Source of the DNA: Myxococcota bacterium
GTDB lineage: Bacteria; Myxococcota_A; Polyangia; Nannocystales; Nannocystaceae
Length of the DNA: 64,000 nt
NCBI GenBank assembly: GCA_039028615.1
Contig: JBCCHT010000011.1
Coordinates: 160,001 to 224,000 of the forward strand
Direction: 5' to 3'
Shown here in pieces: positions 1-12,522 of the stretch (the stretch's first letter is position 1; each line of letters begins with the position of its first letter). The notes beneath the pieces are model-generated. The model did no database searches, had not been told where the DNA came from, and saw only the letters and a list, made by a program, of their open reading frames with translations. A program made the translations under genes and the position numbers.

Positions 1-57
1 GCTTCGACGCGGGGCACGGCTCGGCGAGGTGACCTCTCCGCGTCGGTCTCGGGGAGG

Positions 58-1464
58 GTGGAGGTGGGGTGGCCCGAGGAGATGCCGCTGGAGTCTTGGG
101 TGCCTTGTGTCGGGGTGAACGATCGGTGGGACGAGCCGGGGGTGCTGTTCGTGTATGCGCGCGAGGGCGGGTTCGTGCTGCACGCGGGGAGCCTCGAGAC
201 GCGAAGGGAAGTGAGCAACACGTGGAAGGACGAGGAAGGACGGCACGGGTTCTACACGTGGCCGGTGTTCGGCACGGAGGAGGAGAGCTGGCTGGGCGTG
301 GACTATGTGCTTCCGTCGTCGGGCCGAGGGCAATCGCGCTGGTACGAGGAGCAGCCGGGGCGGCCGTGGCAAGTAGTGCAGCGCGGAAATGCGGTGGCGC
401 CAGTGATGCAACCGCTCGAGACGTCCTGCTGGGAGCGTGAATCGAGGACTCGTACGGAGGAGCGTTACCAAGAGCACCTGGCGTATGTCGCCCGCACGCT
501 CGACGAGGCGCCTCGCGAACTCGTTCGGAAGCGCCGGGCGCCTTGGTATCGGGGGGCGCCCGCGGAGACTTGGTTTCTGTGCCGCGAATGGGATCACTGG
601 CCTCCTCCGGCGCCGGACTGGATGTACCTGTATCGAACGAAGGAAGGCTGGGAGCTTCACGAGCAGTTCGGGCGGCGGAGGATCCGGCGGACGAATCACT
701 GGGAGGACGAATCCGGCCTGCATTTCTTCTACGTCACGAAGACGTTCGAGAGTCGAGCGGGGATCGAGGTTGTGATTCGAGGGAACGGGTCGGGGGTCAT
801 TTTCTGGTACGAGGATGCGGAAGACAACTGGCGCTTGGTCGAAGACGACGGTGTCGTAAAACCGGAGATGATCGCGAAAGAGACGGAGTGTCTGTCGCGG
901 GTGGATGCATCGCTCAACGAACAGAGCCCGCAGCCACCTCCGCGCGGCATCCGAAGGCCGCTGGCTCGAGGGAGAGCCGCGACGCTCGTTGGGGCGGTGA
1001 ACAACCAGGTGGTGGTGTTCCCCCAAGCACCGCGCCAAGTCGCGTATGGGCTCGATGTGATCACGGGTCTGCGTCGGAAGCTCCATGGGCGTCGGCACGA
1101 CGTGTACTTGGCGGGGCTCCACGTGGGGTACGGGTTACTGACGAACGCCTCCCTGCGAGGGCATGCGGCGGTGATGGGTCCGAAGCTCGGGTTCGGCTCG
1201 GGCTGGGTGATGGGGACGTATTCGCCGATGTTCGTGGCCGGCACGGAGAGGGCACGCGTGGGCGATGCGGCGGCGCTGGGGCGTCGGCGGCAGCTGGGGT
1301 TTCGGCACTCGATCGGGTTCGGGCTCGGGCCCGACGTGCTGTCGTTCGAGGTGCAGCACGGGATGACGTGGCTCGGTCGAAGCGACGTGCCTCGGCATGA
1401 GATTCGAGCGGGGGTGTGGCTCGACGTCATCGAAGGCGTGCAGTGGGTGATGGAGCGGCGGTGA
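58..1464 (+). CDS. Hypothetical protein: two tandem ~120-aa Trp-rich domains plus a C-terminal beta-barrel-like domain; may start upstream of the window
   Basis: Frame is open from base 1. Internal duplication (ESWVPC..SNTWKDEEGRHGFY..RWYEE..ETSCWER vs ETWFLC..TNHWEDESGLHFFY..FWYED..ETECLSR). Amphipathic beta-strand C-terminus. Confidence 0.7.
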   Translation: MEVGWPEEMPLESWVPCVGVNDRWDEPGVLFVYAREGGFVLHAGSLETRREVSNTWKDEEGRHGFYTWPVFGTEEESWLGVDYVLPSSGRGQSRWYEEQPGRPWQVVQRGNAVAPVMQPLETSCWERESRTRTEERYQEHLAYVARTLDEAPRELVRKRRAPWYRGAPAETWFLCREWDHWPPPAPDWMYLYRTKEGWELHEQFGRRRIRRTNHWEDESGLHFFYVTKTFESRAGIEVVIRGNGSGVIFWYEDAEDNWRLVEDDGVVKPEMIAKETECLSRVDASLNEQSPQPPPRGIRRPLARGRAATLVGAVNNQVVVFPQAPRQVAYGLDVITGLRRKLHGRRHDVYLAGLHVGYGLLTNASLRGHAAVMGPKLGFGSGWVMGTYSPMFVAGTERARVGDAAALGRRRQLGFRHSIGFGLGPDVLSFEVQHGMTWLGRSDVPRHEIRAGVWLDVIEGVQWVMERR

Positions 1465-1494
1465 GAAATCGGCGAGACTGATGCCGAGACCGCC

Positions 1495-2889
1495 GTGCTG
1501 CTGACGATCACCACCACCCACGCGCCCGCGACCGACCTGGGCTACCTGCTCGGCAAGAACCCGGCCCGCACGCAGAGCTTCGATCTGTCGTTCGGCCGGG
1601 CGCACGTGTACTACCCCGAGGCCGAGGACGACCGCTGTACGGCGGCGCTGCTGCTCGATGTGGACCCGGTGGGCCTGGTCCGACGCCCTCGGGGTGACGA
1701 GGGCTTTGCGCTGTCGCAGTACACGAACGACAGGCCCTACGTGGCGTCGTCGTTCCTCAGCGTGGCGATTGGTCGGGTGTTCGGGCAGGCGCTGGGCGGT
1801 CGGAGTCGCGAGCGACAGCCCCTGGCCGACGAGGCGATCCCGCTGGAGGCTCGCCTGGCGGTCCTGCCCACCCGCGGGGGAGACACGCTGCTGCGGGCGC
1901 TGTTCGAGCCGCTGGGGTACACGCTGGAGATCGAGCGCCACGAGCTCGACCCCGACTTTCCACACTGGGGCGACAGCATCTATTGCACGGTGACGCTCCG
2001 CGGAACGCTTCGCCTGCAGGACCTGCTGCGGCACCTCACCGTGCTCATCCCGGTGCTCGACGACAACAAGCACTACTGGGTCGGGCGCGAGGAGATCGAG
2101 AAGCTGCTCACGCGCGGCGAGGGATGGCTGGCGACACACCCCGAGCGGGAGCAGATCGCCCAGCGCTACCTCAAGCACCGCCGCTCGCTGGCCCGCGAGG
2201 CGATGCAGCGCCTGGCGGACGAGGACGAGCCGGAGCTGCAGGCCGCCGACGAACGCAAGGGTCGCGAAGAGGAACAGCTGGAGCGACCGCTGTCGCTCAA
2301 CGATCAGCGCATGCAGGCGGTGCTGTCGGCATTGCGCCGCAACGGGGTCCGTCGCGTGGTGGACGTGGGCTGCGGCGAGGGCAAGCTGTTGCGGCACTTC
2401 GTGCGCGACAAGACCTTCGAGCGCATCGTGGGCATGGATGTGTCGATGAGCTCGCTCGAGCGAGCGAAGGCTCGCCTGCACATGGACGAGTTCGGCGAGC
2501 GACAAAAGGCCCGCATCGAGCTGTTCCAAGGGTCGCTGACGTACCGAGACGAACGCCTGGCGCACTTCGATGGGGCGTGCGCGGTGGAGGTGATCGAGCA
2601 CATCGAACCAACGCGGCTGTCGGCGTTCGAGCATGCGCTCTTCGAGGCGGCGCGCCCGGGGTGCGTGGTGGTGACGACGCCGAACGTGGAATACAACGCG
2701 AAGTTCGAGTCGCTGCCCGCGGGCAAGATGCGGCACCGGGATCACCGCTTCGAGTGGACACGCGCGCAGTTCGAGGCGTGGGCCCGCGACGTCGCCCGGC
2801 GGCACGGCTACGAGGTGGACTTCGAGCCCATCGGTCCCGTCGATCCGCAGCTCGGTGCGCCGACGCAGATGGGGGTGTTCTCGCGATGA
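1495..2889 (+). CDS. hen1: 3'-terminal RNA ribose 2'-O-methyltransferase Hen1
   Basis: N-terminal MLLTITTT..ATDLGYLLGKNP, YTNDRPY and VLDDNKHYWVG (ligase-activating domain); SAM motif VVDVGCGEG; EVIEH; TTPNVEYN; HRFEWTR. Confidence 0.95.
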   Translation: MLLTITTTHAPATDLGYLLGKNPARTQSFDLSFGRAHVYYPEAEDDRCTAALLLDVDPVGLVRRPRGDEGFALSQYTNDRPYVASSFLSVAIGRVFGQALGGRSRERQPLADEAIPLEARLAVLPTRGGDTLLRALFEPLGYTLEIERHELDPDFPHWGDSIYCTVTLRGTLRLQDLLRHLTVLIPVLDDNKHYWVGREEIEKLLTRGEGWLATHPEREQIAQRYLKHRRSLAREAMQRLADEDEPELQAADERKGREEEQLERPLSLNDQRMQAVLSALRRNGVRRVVDVGCGEGKLLRHFVRDKTFERIVGMDVSMSSLERAKARLHMDEFGERQKARIELFQGSLTYRDERLAHFDGACAVEVIEHIEPTRLSAFEHALFEAARPGCVVVTTPNVEYNAKFESLPAGKMRHRDHRFEWTRAQFEAWARDVARRHGYEVDFEPIGPVDPQLGAPTQMGVFSR

Positions 2890-5426
2890 CTACCAAGACC
2901 GAACTCGAGCTCCCCGAGCTGTGCCTGGTCGTCCTGGTGGGCGTGTCGGGGGCGGGCAAGTCCACATTCGCGCGCAAGCACTTCCGGCCCACCGAGGTGA
3001 TCTCGTCCGACTTCTGCCGCGGCCTCGTGTCCGACGACGAGAACGATCAGAACGCGTCGGGCGATGCATTCGCGGTGCTGAACTACATCGCGAGCAAGCG
3101 CCTGGCCCGGGGTCGCCTGACGGTGATCGACGCGACGAGCGTGCAGTCGGAGGCGCGCAAGAGCCTGGTGCAGCTGGCCCGGCAGCACGACTGCCTGGCG
3201 GTGGCCATCGTGCTCAATGTGCCGCCCAAGACGGCGAGCACCCGCAACGAGGCCCGACCCGACCGCAACTTCGGCGCCCGCGTGGTCCGGCAGCAGCACA
3301 GCCAGCTCCGCAAGGGCCTGCGCGGCATGAAGCGAGAGGGCTTCTCGCGGGTGCACATTCTCGACTCGGAGGAGGAGATCGACGCGGTCACCATCACCCG
3401 TCGCGCGCTGTGGAACGACAAGCGCACGGAGACGGGGCCCTTCGACATCATCGGGGACGTGCACGGCTGCTACGCCGAGCTTCGCGAGCTGCTCGAGCGG
3501 CTCGGCTACGGGCTCTCCGGGACTCGCGAAGAGCCCGTGGTCACGCCACCGCCGGGGCGCAAGGCGCTGTTCCTGGGCGACTTGGTCGACCGCGGCCCGG
3601 ACTCGCCGGGTGTGCTGCGGCTGGCGATGTCGATGGTGGAGGCGGGCACGGCGATCTGCATTCCCGGCAACCACGAGGTGAAGCTGGTCCGAACGCTCCG
3701 CGGCAAGAACGTCAAGCTGACCCATGGCCTGGCGGAGACGATGGAGCAGATGTCGCGCGAGCCCAAAGAGTTCGGCGAGCGCGTGGCCAAGTTCATCAAC
3801 GGACTGGTGAGCCACTACCTGCTCGACGACGGACGCCTGGTGGTCGCCCATGCCGGCCTGCGCGAGGAGTACCAAGGCCGGGCATCGGGGCGCGTGCGCT
3901 CGTTCTGCCTCTACGGCGAGACGACGGGCGAGACGGACGAGTTCGGCCTCCCGGTGCGCTACGACTGGGCGTCGGAGTATCGCGGGCGCGCGATGGTGGT
4001 GTACGGCCACACGCCGGTTCCCGAAGCGGAGTGGGTCAATCGCACGATCTGCATCGATACGGGCTGCGTGTTCGGGGGCAAGCTCACCGCGCTGCGCTAT
4101 CCCGAGCGCGAGCTGGTGCAGGTCGACGCGCAGCAGATGTACTACGAGCCGATCCGGCCGCTGGCGAAGGCGGACGATGAGCGGCCCGAGCACGTGCTCG
4201 ACATCGCGGACGTCACGGGCAAGACGATCGTCGACACCCGGGTGCGGCACACGGTGACGATCCGCGAGGAAAATGCCGTGGCTGCGCTCGAGGTCATGAG
4301 CCGCTTCGCCGTCGATCCGCGCTGGCTCATCTACCTGCCGCCCACGATGTCTCCGGCGGAGACGGCCCCCTCGGAGGTCCCGCTGCTGGAGCGCCCCACC
4401 GAAGCCCTCGCGTACTTCGCCTCGAACGGGGTCGAGCGCGTCGTGTGCGAAGAAAAGCACATGGGGTCGCGCGCGGTGATGGTGGTGGCCCGCAGCGTCG
4501 ACGCAGCCCAGGCGAGGTTCGGGGTCGGCGATGGCAAGCAGGGCGTCATCTACACCCGCACGGGACGAGGCTTCTTCTCCCGCGACGAGCTCGAGGCGCA
4601 GCTGGTGAAGCGCGTGGCGGCGGCCTTCGAGGCGGCCGAGCTGTGGGAGGAGCTGGACACGGACTGGGTGTGCCTGGATACCGAGCTGATGCCGTGGTCG
4701 CTCAAGGCGGTGGAGCTGCTGCGCACGCAGTACGCGGCGGTGGGTGCCTCGGCCAAGGCGGCGCTGAACGAAGTGGTGGCGAGCCTCGAAGCGGCCCAAG
4801 ACCGCGGTGCGAGCGAGCTGCTCGAGCGCTTCTCGGCCCGCCGCCAGATGGTGGAGGGCTACTCGGCGGCGTGGCGGCGCTACTGCTGGTCCACCGAGGA
4901 CATCGCCGACGTGAAGCTGGCCCCGTTTCACCTCCTGGCCACGGAAGGTCGAACGCACTTCGATCGCTCGCACGTGTGGCACATGGACACGCTGGCTCGG
5001 CTGGCCGAGCACGAGCCCACGCTCGTCGCCACGCCCTACGAGGTCATCGAGCTTCAGGACGACGCGGCCCGGGCGAAGGCCATCGCGTGGTGGGAGGGGC
5101 TGACGAGCAAGGGCGGCGAGGGCATGGTGATCAAGCCGGAGCACTGGATCGTCCGCGGCAAGCGAGGCCTCGTTCAGCCTGCGCTCAAGTGCCGCGGCGC
5201 CGAGTATCTGCGGATCATCTACGGCCCCGAGTACAGCGCCCCGGACAACATCGATCGCCTGCGGGCGCGCGGGCTCTCCACCAAGCGGAGCCTGGCGCTG
5301 CGGGAGTTCGCGCTGGGCCTCGAGGGCCTGTATCGCTTCGTCGAGCGCGAGCCGCTGTGGCGCGTGCACGAGTGCGTGTTCGGGGTGCTGGCCCTCGAGA
5401 GCGAGCCCGTCGACCCGCGGCTATGA
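2886..5426 (+). CDS. pnkp: Polynucleotide kinase-phosphatase-ligase Pnkp
   Basis: ATG at 2886 overlaps the hen1 stop (ATGA). Kinase P-loop GVSGAGKS; calcineurin-like GDVHG/GDLVDRG/GNHE; ligase motifs EEKHMGSR, EGMVIKP and ALKCRG; C-terminus ESEPVDPRL. Confidence 0.95.
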   Translation: MTTKTELELPELCLVVLVGVSGAGKSTFARKHFRPTEVISSDFCRGLVSDDENDQNASGDAFAVLNYIASKRLARGRLTVIDATSVQSEARKSLVQLARQHDCLAVAIVLNVPPKTASTRNEARPDRNFGARVVRQQHSQLRKGLRGMKREGFSRVHILDSEEEIDAVTITRRALWNDKRTETGPFDIIGDVHGCYAELRELLERLGYGLSGTREEPVVTPPPGRKALFLGDLVDRGPDSPGVLRLAMSMVEAGTAICIPGNHEVKLVRTLRGKNVKLTHGLAETMEQMSREPKEFGERVAKFINGLVSHYLLDDGRLVVAHAGLREEYQGRASGRVRSFCLYGETTGETDEFGLPVRYDWASEYRGRAMVVYGHTPVPEAEWVNRTICIDTGCVFGGKLTALRYPERELVQVDAQQMYYEPIRPLAKADDERPEHVLDIADVTGKTIVDTRVRHTVTIREENAVAALEVMSRFAVDPRWLIYLPPTMSPAETAPSEVPLLERPTEALAYFASNGVERVVCEEKHMGSRAVMVVARSVDAAQARFGVGDGKQGVIYTRTGRGFFSRDELEAQLVKRVAAAFEAAELWEELDTDWVCLDTELMPWSLKAVELLRTQYAAVGASAKAALNEVVASLEAAQDRGASELLERFSARRQMVEGYSAAWRRYCWSTEDIADVKLAPFHLLATEGRTHFDRSHVWHMDTLARLAEHEPTLVATPYEVIELQDDAARAKAIAWWEGLTSKGGEGMVIKPEHWIVRGKRGLVQPALKCRGAEYLRIIYGPEYSAPDNIDRLRARGLSTKRSLALREFALGLEGLYRFVEREPLWRVHECVFGVLALESEPVDPRL

Positions 5427-5454
5427 CCCGCAGGCCGAGGCCGGGACCTCCACC

Positions 5455-6276
5455 TCAGTAGGTGGTGGGCACGACGTGCACGGTGGCGCTGAAGGGCTCG
5501 TTGCCCATCTCGTCGTGAAACCACACGTTGGCCTTGCGACCGCCCGCGCGCACGTGCAGGTAGCTCAACGAGCGCGCGACCGAGTCGACATACTCGATGC
5601 GGAAGCCGTTGAGCAGCACCGGTGAAGTGTTTCCGGCCAGCTCGTTCCAGACGAGCTCGACGCGCGGGTTCGAGGGGTCGCTGACGCCGGTCGCCGACAG
5701 CACGTCGCCGCCGTTGACCTCGTTTTCGGGGATATACGAGTACTGAACGGTGGCGTCGTAGGAGAACTCTTCGTCGCCGTCGAGCTCCACCCAGATGTGC
5801 CCGGACTCGGGATCGGGCTCGATCGCGATGGTATGGACCTGGTGCTCGAGACCGTCGTGCGACTCGAACAGAAAACCCGCGAGCACGAGCACCTGGCCGG
5901 ACGGCGGCACGGGAATGCCCAGCTCGCACACGTCGGTGCACTCTTCGCGATGCACGGTGTGGACCTCGCCCGCCCCGGGCGCGGGGTAGTGTTTGACGTC
6001 GTAGCTGTAGGGCGCGGGCGTCTCGCTGGACAGCCAATTGTGCGAGGCCTGCAAGCCCACGAGGTGACCGATCCGAAGCCAATCGTACTCGCCGTCGTCG
6101 TAGTCGAAGTAGAAGTTCATGAACCCCAGCGACTGCGTGTTGTCGAAGGAGAAGCCGAGAGTGTCGGAGCCCACGGCATCGCCTCCTCGTCGCAGCGAGG
6201 GGCCTTGGTCGGCCGCCGCGACGGACGAGAGGGTGATGAGGGCGGGGAGAGACAGGACAGTGAGGAGCCGTTTCAT
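5455..6276 (-). CDS. Secreted hypothetical protein with three beta-rich internal repeats
   Basis: Signal peptide MKRLLTVLSLPALITLSSVAAA; recurring L-x-GF-x-F/I motif. Confidence 0.7.
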   Translation of the reverse strand: MKRLLTVLSLPALITLSSVAAADQGPSLRRGGDAVGSDTLGFSFDNTQSLGFMNFYFDYDDGEYDWLRIGHLVGLQASHNWLSSETPAPYSYDVKHYPAPGAGEVHTVHREECTDVCELGIPVPPSGQVLVLAGFLFESHDGLEHQVHTIAIEPDPESGHIWVELDGDEEFSYDATVQYSYIPENEVNGGDVLSATGVSDPSNPRVELVWNELAGNTSPVLLNGFRIEYVDSVARSLSYLHVRAGGRKANVWFHDEMGNEPFSATVHVVPTTY

Positions 6277-6345
6277 GGTTCGAGCACTACGGTTCCCGCC
6301 CCTCTCCCCGCGTTCCCGCTTTGAACGAAAAAAGTGTTCGTCGTT

Positions 6346-6945
6346 CTAGATTCGCTCGCCGAGGCCGGTCACGGCCCGATCCATCGCGGCTTCGTCCTGC
6401 GTCCCGTCTTCTTCGAGGGCCTTGGCCAGCGCCTTACGGGCACGAAATAGCCGCGTGCGCACGGTGGTGGGCTCGATCTCGAGGATCTCGGCGAGTTCGT
6501 CGTTGGGAACCTCTTCCCAGTAGCTCAGCTCGATGATCTCCTGAAAGTGCAGCGGGATCCGCTGTAGGGCCAGCCGTACGCGCTCCTGGTCGCGCTCGAT
6601 CATCATCACGGTACCGGGGGTCACCCCGAGCTCGGCGACCGAGGACACGCGGTAGTCGAGCACTCGTTTCGAGTCCCGTCGAGCGAAGTCGCGGTGGTAT
6701 CGAAGCAGGACGTTGCGCGCGATGCTGAAGATGAACACCCGAAACGGGGCACCCCCGCGGTAGCGATCGCGACTGGTCACCAGCCCAGTGAAGGTCTTCT
6801 GCAGCAGGTCGTCGACGTCGCGCTCGGGGACCTTGTTGAAGAAGAACCGACGGCAGGGCTTGAAGTAGCGCCGAAACAGGGCCGTGCCCGCGGCCTCGTC
6901 TCCGCGGCCCCACGCTTCGAGCAGCTCCTCGTCGGCTCGAGCCAT
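6346..6945 (-). CDS. ECF-type RNA polymerase sigma-70 factor
   Basis: Region 2 DVDDLLQKTF..FRVFIFSIARN; region 4 ELAEILEIEPTTVRTRLFRARKAL. Confidence 0.92.
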   Translation of the reverse strand: MARADEELLEAWGRGDEAAGTALFRRYFKPCRRFFFNKVPERDVDDLLQKTFTGLVTSRDRYRGGAPFRVFIFSIARNVLLRYHRDFARRDSKRVLDYRVSSVAELGVTPGTVMMIERDQERVRLALQRIPLHFQEIIELSYWEEVPNDELAEILEIEPTTVRTRLFRARKALAKALEEDGTQDEAAMDRAVTGLGERI

Positions 6946-6998
6946 GCGCGTACAGTAGCAGAACGCTCTGCCGTCCCCGGGCCTCGGTCCCGAGGCCG

Positions 6999-9730
<2,732 letters not shown>

Positions 9731-9734
<4 letters not shown>

Positions 9735-10285
9735 CGAAACAGCTCGGCCTGGTAAAAGCGCAGCTCTTCGATCGACTCGCGGATGTCGTCGAGCGCCCGG
9801 TGGGTGTCGAGCTTGGTGGGCGGCTTGAGCTGCGGGTGCCAGCGGCGGGCGAGCTCGCGGACCGAGGCGACGTCGATGAGCCGGTAGTGCAGGAAGTCGA
9901 ACAGCCGCGGCATGTAGTTGGCGATGAAGCGGCGGTCCTGGAACACCGAGGTGCCGCACAGCGGCGACTGCTGGGGCTCGGTCCACTGCTGCACGAACTC
10001 GAGGGTGAGGCGCTCGGCTTCGGCTTCGTCGAGGGTGGAGGCGCGGACCTGCTCGGTGAGGCCGCTGTCGCCGTGGTGCCGGGTGCACCACTCGTCCATG
10101 GCGTCGAGCACTTCGTCGGGCTGGTGCACGACGAGGTCGGGGCCCTCGGCCAGGACCTTCAGGTCACCGTCGGTGATGATGGTGGCGATCTCGAGGATCC
10201 GACAGCATTCGGGATCGAGGCCCGACATCTCCATGTCGATCCAGATCAGCGGGGCGGGACCCTTCCCTGCGCTTCGCTCCGTCAC
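9731..10285 (-). CDS. orn: Oligoribonuclease
   Basis: [54 protein letters not shown]. Confidence 0.95.
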
Positions 10286-10303
10286 GCTACGAACCTTACA
10301 CGA

Positions 10304-11533
10304 TCACGGCACGCCGAGCAGGTCGCGGAGGGCCTCGGCGACCCAGGCCGGGTGATCGTAGCCCGCGGCGTCGCTGGTCTCGCGGGGAGCGACGACCCGC
10401 GCAACGACGTGCTCGACGGGATCGTGATCTTCGGCGGGCCGCTCGACGAGGTGCAGGTCGGCGACCTGGGGGCACGTTTCGCAGCGAGGCACCTTGCCCC
10501 CGCGCCCGGCGTAGGCCTTGGCGATGTCCTCGTAGCCGAGCTCGACGATGTCGTCGACCTCGACCGCGTAGCCCTCTCGATCGTACTCGCCGTCGCGCAC
10601 CATCCGGTAGGCGAGCCCGTAGAGCAGATGGGTCGCGGCCTCGAGCACCTTGGTGTCGCGGCGCAGGCCGTCGAGTTCGAGGTCGACGCTGCCGAAGCGA
10701 CGCATGCCCCGGGTGCTCAGCCGCACGAACTCGCGGCCGTTGCGAGGGTCGGGGAAGGGCACCACGACCACTTGGTCGGCGATGTTGCCCACGGTCGATT
10801 GCAGGCGCCGCGCGCTGAAGACCGGCTCGCCCACGGTCTCGGCGGTGTCGGGGTCGTGGATGAGCGCGCCCTGCTCTTGCGCGACGATGCGGACCAAGGT
10901 CTGCAGCAGGCGAAGACCACGAACCCCGTAGCGATTGCGGTAGTGGGCCCGCAGCACCAGGGCAAAGCGACGCTCGGGCAAGCTGGCGCGCTCTTCGGCC
11001 GACAGCGCCCGGGTGGAGATCGGGTCGCGCAGGACCTCGAGCGGGATCAAGGCCTCTTCACCCGCGGGGGCGAGCGGCAGCAAGGCGATGTGCAAGCCGA
11101 GCAGGTCGGCGTGGCGGATCTGCTGGCTCTCGGAGGGCTCGAGGCCGGGCTCGCTGGCGGCGGGGGCCGGGTCGCTGGCGATGAGCTCGAGCAGGAGCTT
11201 GGCTTCAGGCTCGTCGGCGGCGCCCTCGAGCTTGCGGGACACCAGGGCGGCCAGCTCTTCGCGGGTGGGCGCGGCGGTGGGCGACCCGGTGAGCAGCAAC
11301 AAGTAGGACTGGGTGGTGCGATCGGCGAACACCACGTGGTGCGCCGACTCGGCCCGAGCGTCTTCTTCGCTGGGCGCGACCGCGATGGGGGCCGGCTCGG
11401 GCACGGCGTCGGCCGAGTCTTGGGGCACGGTGGCGCTGGCTCCCCCGTCGTCCCGCTTGGCGGAACAGGCGCAGAGGGCCGCGGACAGGGCCCACAGGCC
11501 TACGGTGCGAAGAGCGGTGGTCGAGTGCGACAT
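10304..11533 (-). CDS. Hypothetical lipoprotein
   Basis: Lipobox-like LCAC; start overlaps the upstream stop (TGATG); coding-like composition; CETC motif near the C-terminus. Confidence 0.7.
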   Translation of the reverse strand: MSHSTTALRTVGLWALSAALCACSAKRDDGGASATVPQDSADAVPEPAPIAVAPSEEDARAESAHHVVFADRTTQSYLLLLTGSPTAAPTREELAALVSRKLEGAADEPEAKLLLELIASDPAPAASEPGLEPSESQQIRHADLLGLHIALLPLAPAGEEALIPLEVLRDPISTRALSAEERASLPERRFALVLRAHYRNRYGVRGLRLLQTLVRIVAQEQGALIHDPDTAETVGEPVFSARRLQSTVGNIADQVVVVPFPDPRNGREFVRLSTRGMRRFGSVDLELDGLRRDTKVLEAATHLLYGLAYRMVRDGEYDREGYAVEVDDIVELGYEDIAKAYAGRGGKVPRCETCPQVADLHLVERPAEDHDPVEHVVARVVAPRETSDAAGYDHPAWVAEALRDLLGVP

Positions 11534-12522
11534 CACGAAGCCATGGAGTGTTGGCCGAGCAGCATGGACACGGTTTTCGGGTCGACGTTGCCGCCCGATA
11601 GGATCACGCCCACGCGCTTCGGTTGTTCCGGGAGACGGCGCTCGAGGGCGACCGACAGGGCGGCGGCGCCCGAGGGCTCGACCAGCAGCTTGCCGTACAT
11701 CAGCAGCTGCACGAGCGCGGAGCCCATCTGCCGGTCGTCGACCCGGAACGAGCCGGCGACGTGGCGCTTGGCGATCTCGAAGTTCAACTCGCCGACCATG
11801 GTGGGCTTGAGGCCGTCGCCGAGGGTGGGCCCGGGCGGCACGGGGACGCGCTCGCCGGCCTCGAGGCTGCGGGCCATGGCGTCACAGCCATGGGGCTCGA
11901 CGCTGTAGATCTTGGCCCCGGTGGGCGCCGCGGCCACGCAGGCCCCGGCGATGAGTCCCCCGCCGCCGACCGGAACGAGCAGGGCGTCGAGCGTCCCGCC
12001 GTCGGTGCGCTGGGCGACTTCCTCCACCAGCTCGAGGGTCGCCGTACCCGCCCCGGCCACGATGTGCGGGTGATCGAAGGGCTGGATCACGGCCGACTTG
12101 CACTTGTCGGCGACCTCCATGGCCACCGCCTTGCGCTCGTCGGAGGTGGTGCCCGCGAAGATCAACTGAGCGCCCAGGGCCCGCACGCCCGCGACCTTGA
12201 TCGCGGGGGCATCGGTCGGCATGACGATGGTGGCATTGCACTGGTAGGTGTGCGCAGCCAGGGCTACCGCCTGGGCGTGGTTGCCCGAGCTGAAGGTGAT
12301 GATGCCCCGAGCGCGCTCCTCCTCGGAGAGCTGGCCGACCGCGTGCAAGGCCCCCCGGGCCTTGAACGCGCCGATGCGCTGGAGGTTCTCCGCTTTGATC
12401 CACAGCTCGGCGCCGGCCAGCTCATCGAGCGCGTCGCTGCGCAGGACGGGCGTTCGGTGGACGCGGCCGGCGATTCGGGTCGCGGCGACACGGACATCCT
12501 CGACATCGGGTAGCGGCGTCAT
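11533..12522 (-). CDS. PLP-dependent threonine/serine dehydratase (serine racemase-like)
   Basis: [44 protein letters not shown]. Confidence 0.92.
   Translation of the reverse strand: MTPLPDVEDVRVAATRIAGRVHRTPVLRSDALDELAGAELWIKAENLQRIGAFKARGALHAVGQLSEEERARGIITFSSGNHAQAVALAAHTYQCNATIVMPTDAPAIKVAGVRALGAQLIFAGTTSDERKAVAMEVADKCKSAVIQPFDHPHIVAGAGTATLELVEEVAQRTDGGTLDALLVPVGGGGLIAGACVAAAPTGAKIYSVEPHGCDAMARSLEAGERVPVPPGPTLGDGLKPTMVGELNFEIAKRHVAGSFRVDDRQMGSALVQLLMYGKLLVEPSGAAALSVALERRLPEQPKRVGVILSGGNVDPKTVSMLLGQHSMAS

Noticed and set aside
1983..2885. 301-aa N-terminal extension of Pnkp in the ORF track
   Set aside because: Overlaps hen1 in another frame and is low-information; the ATGA-coupled start at 2886 fits Pnkp.
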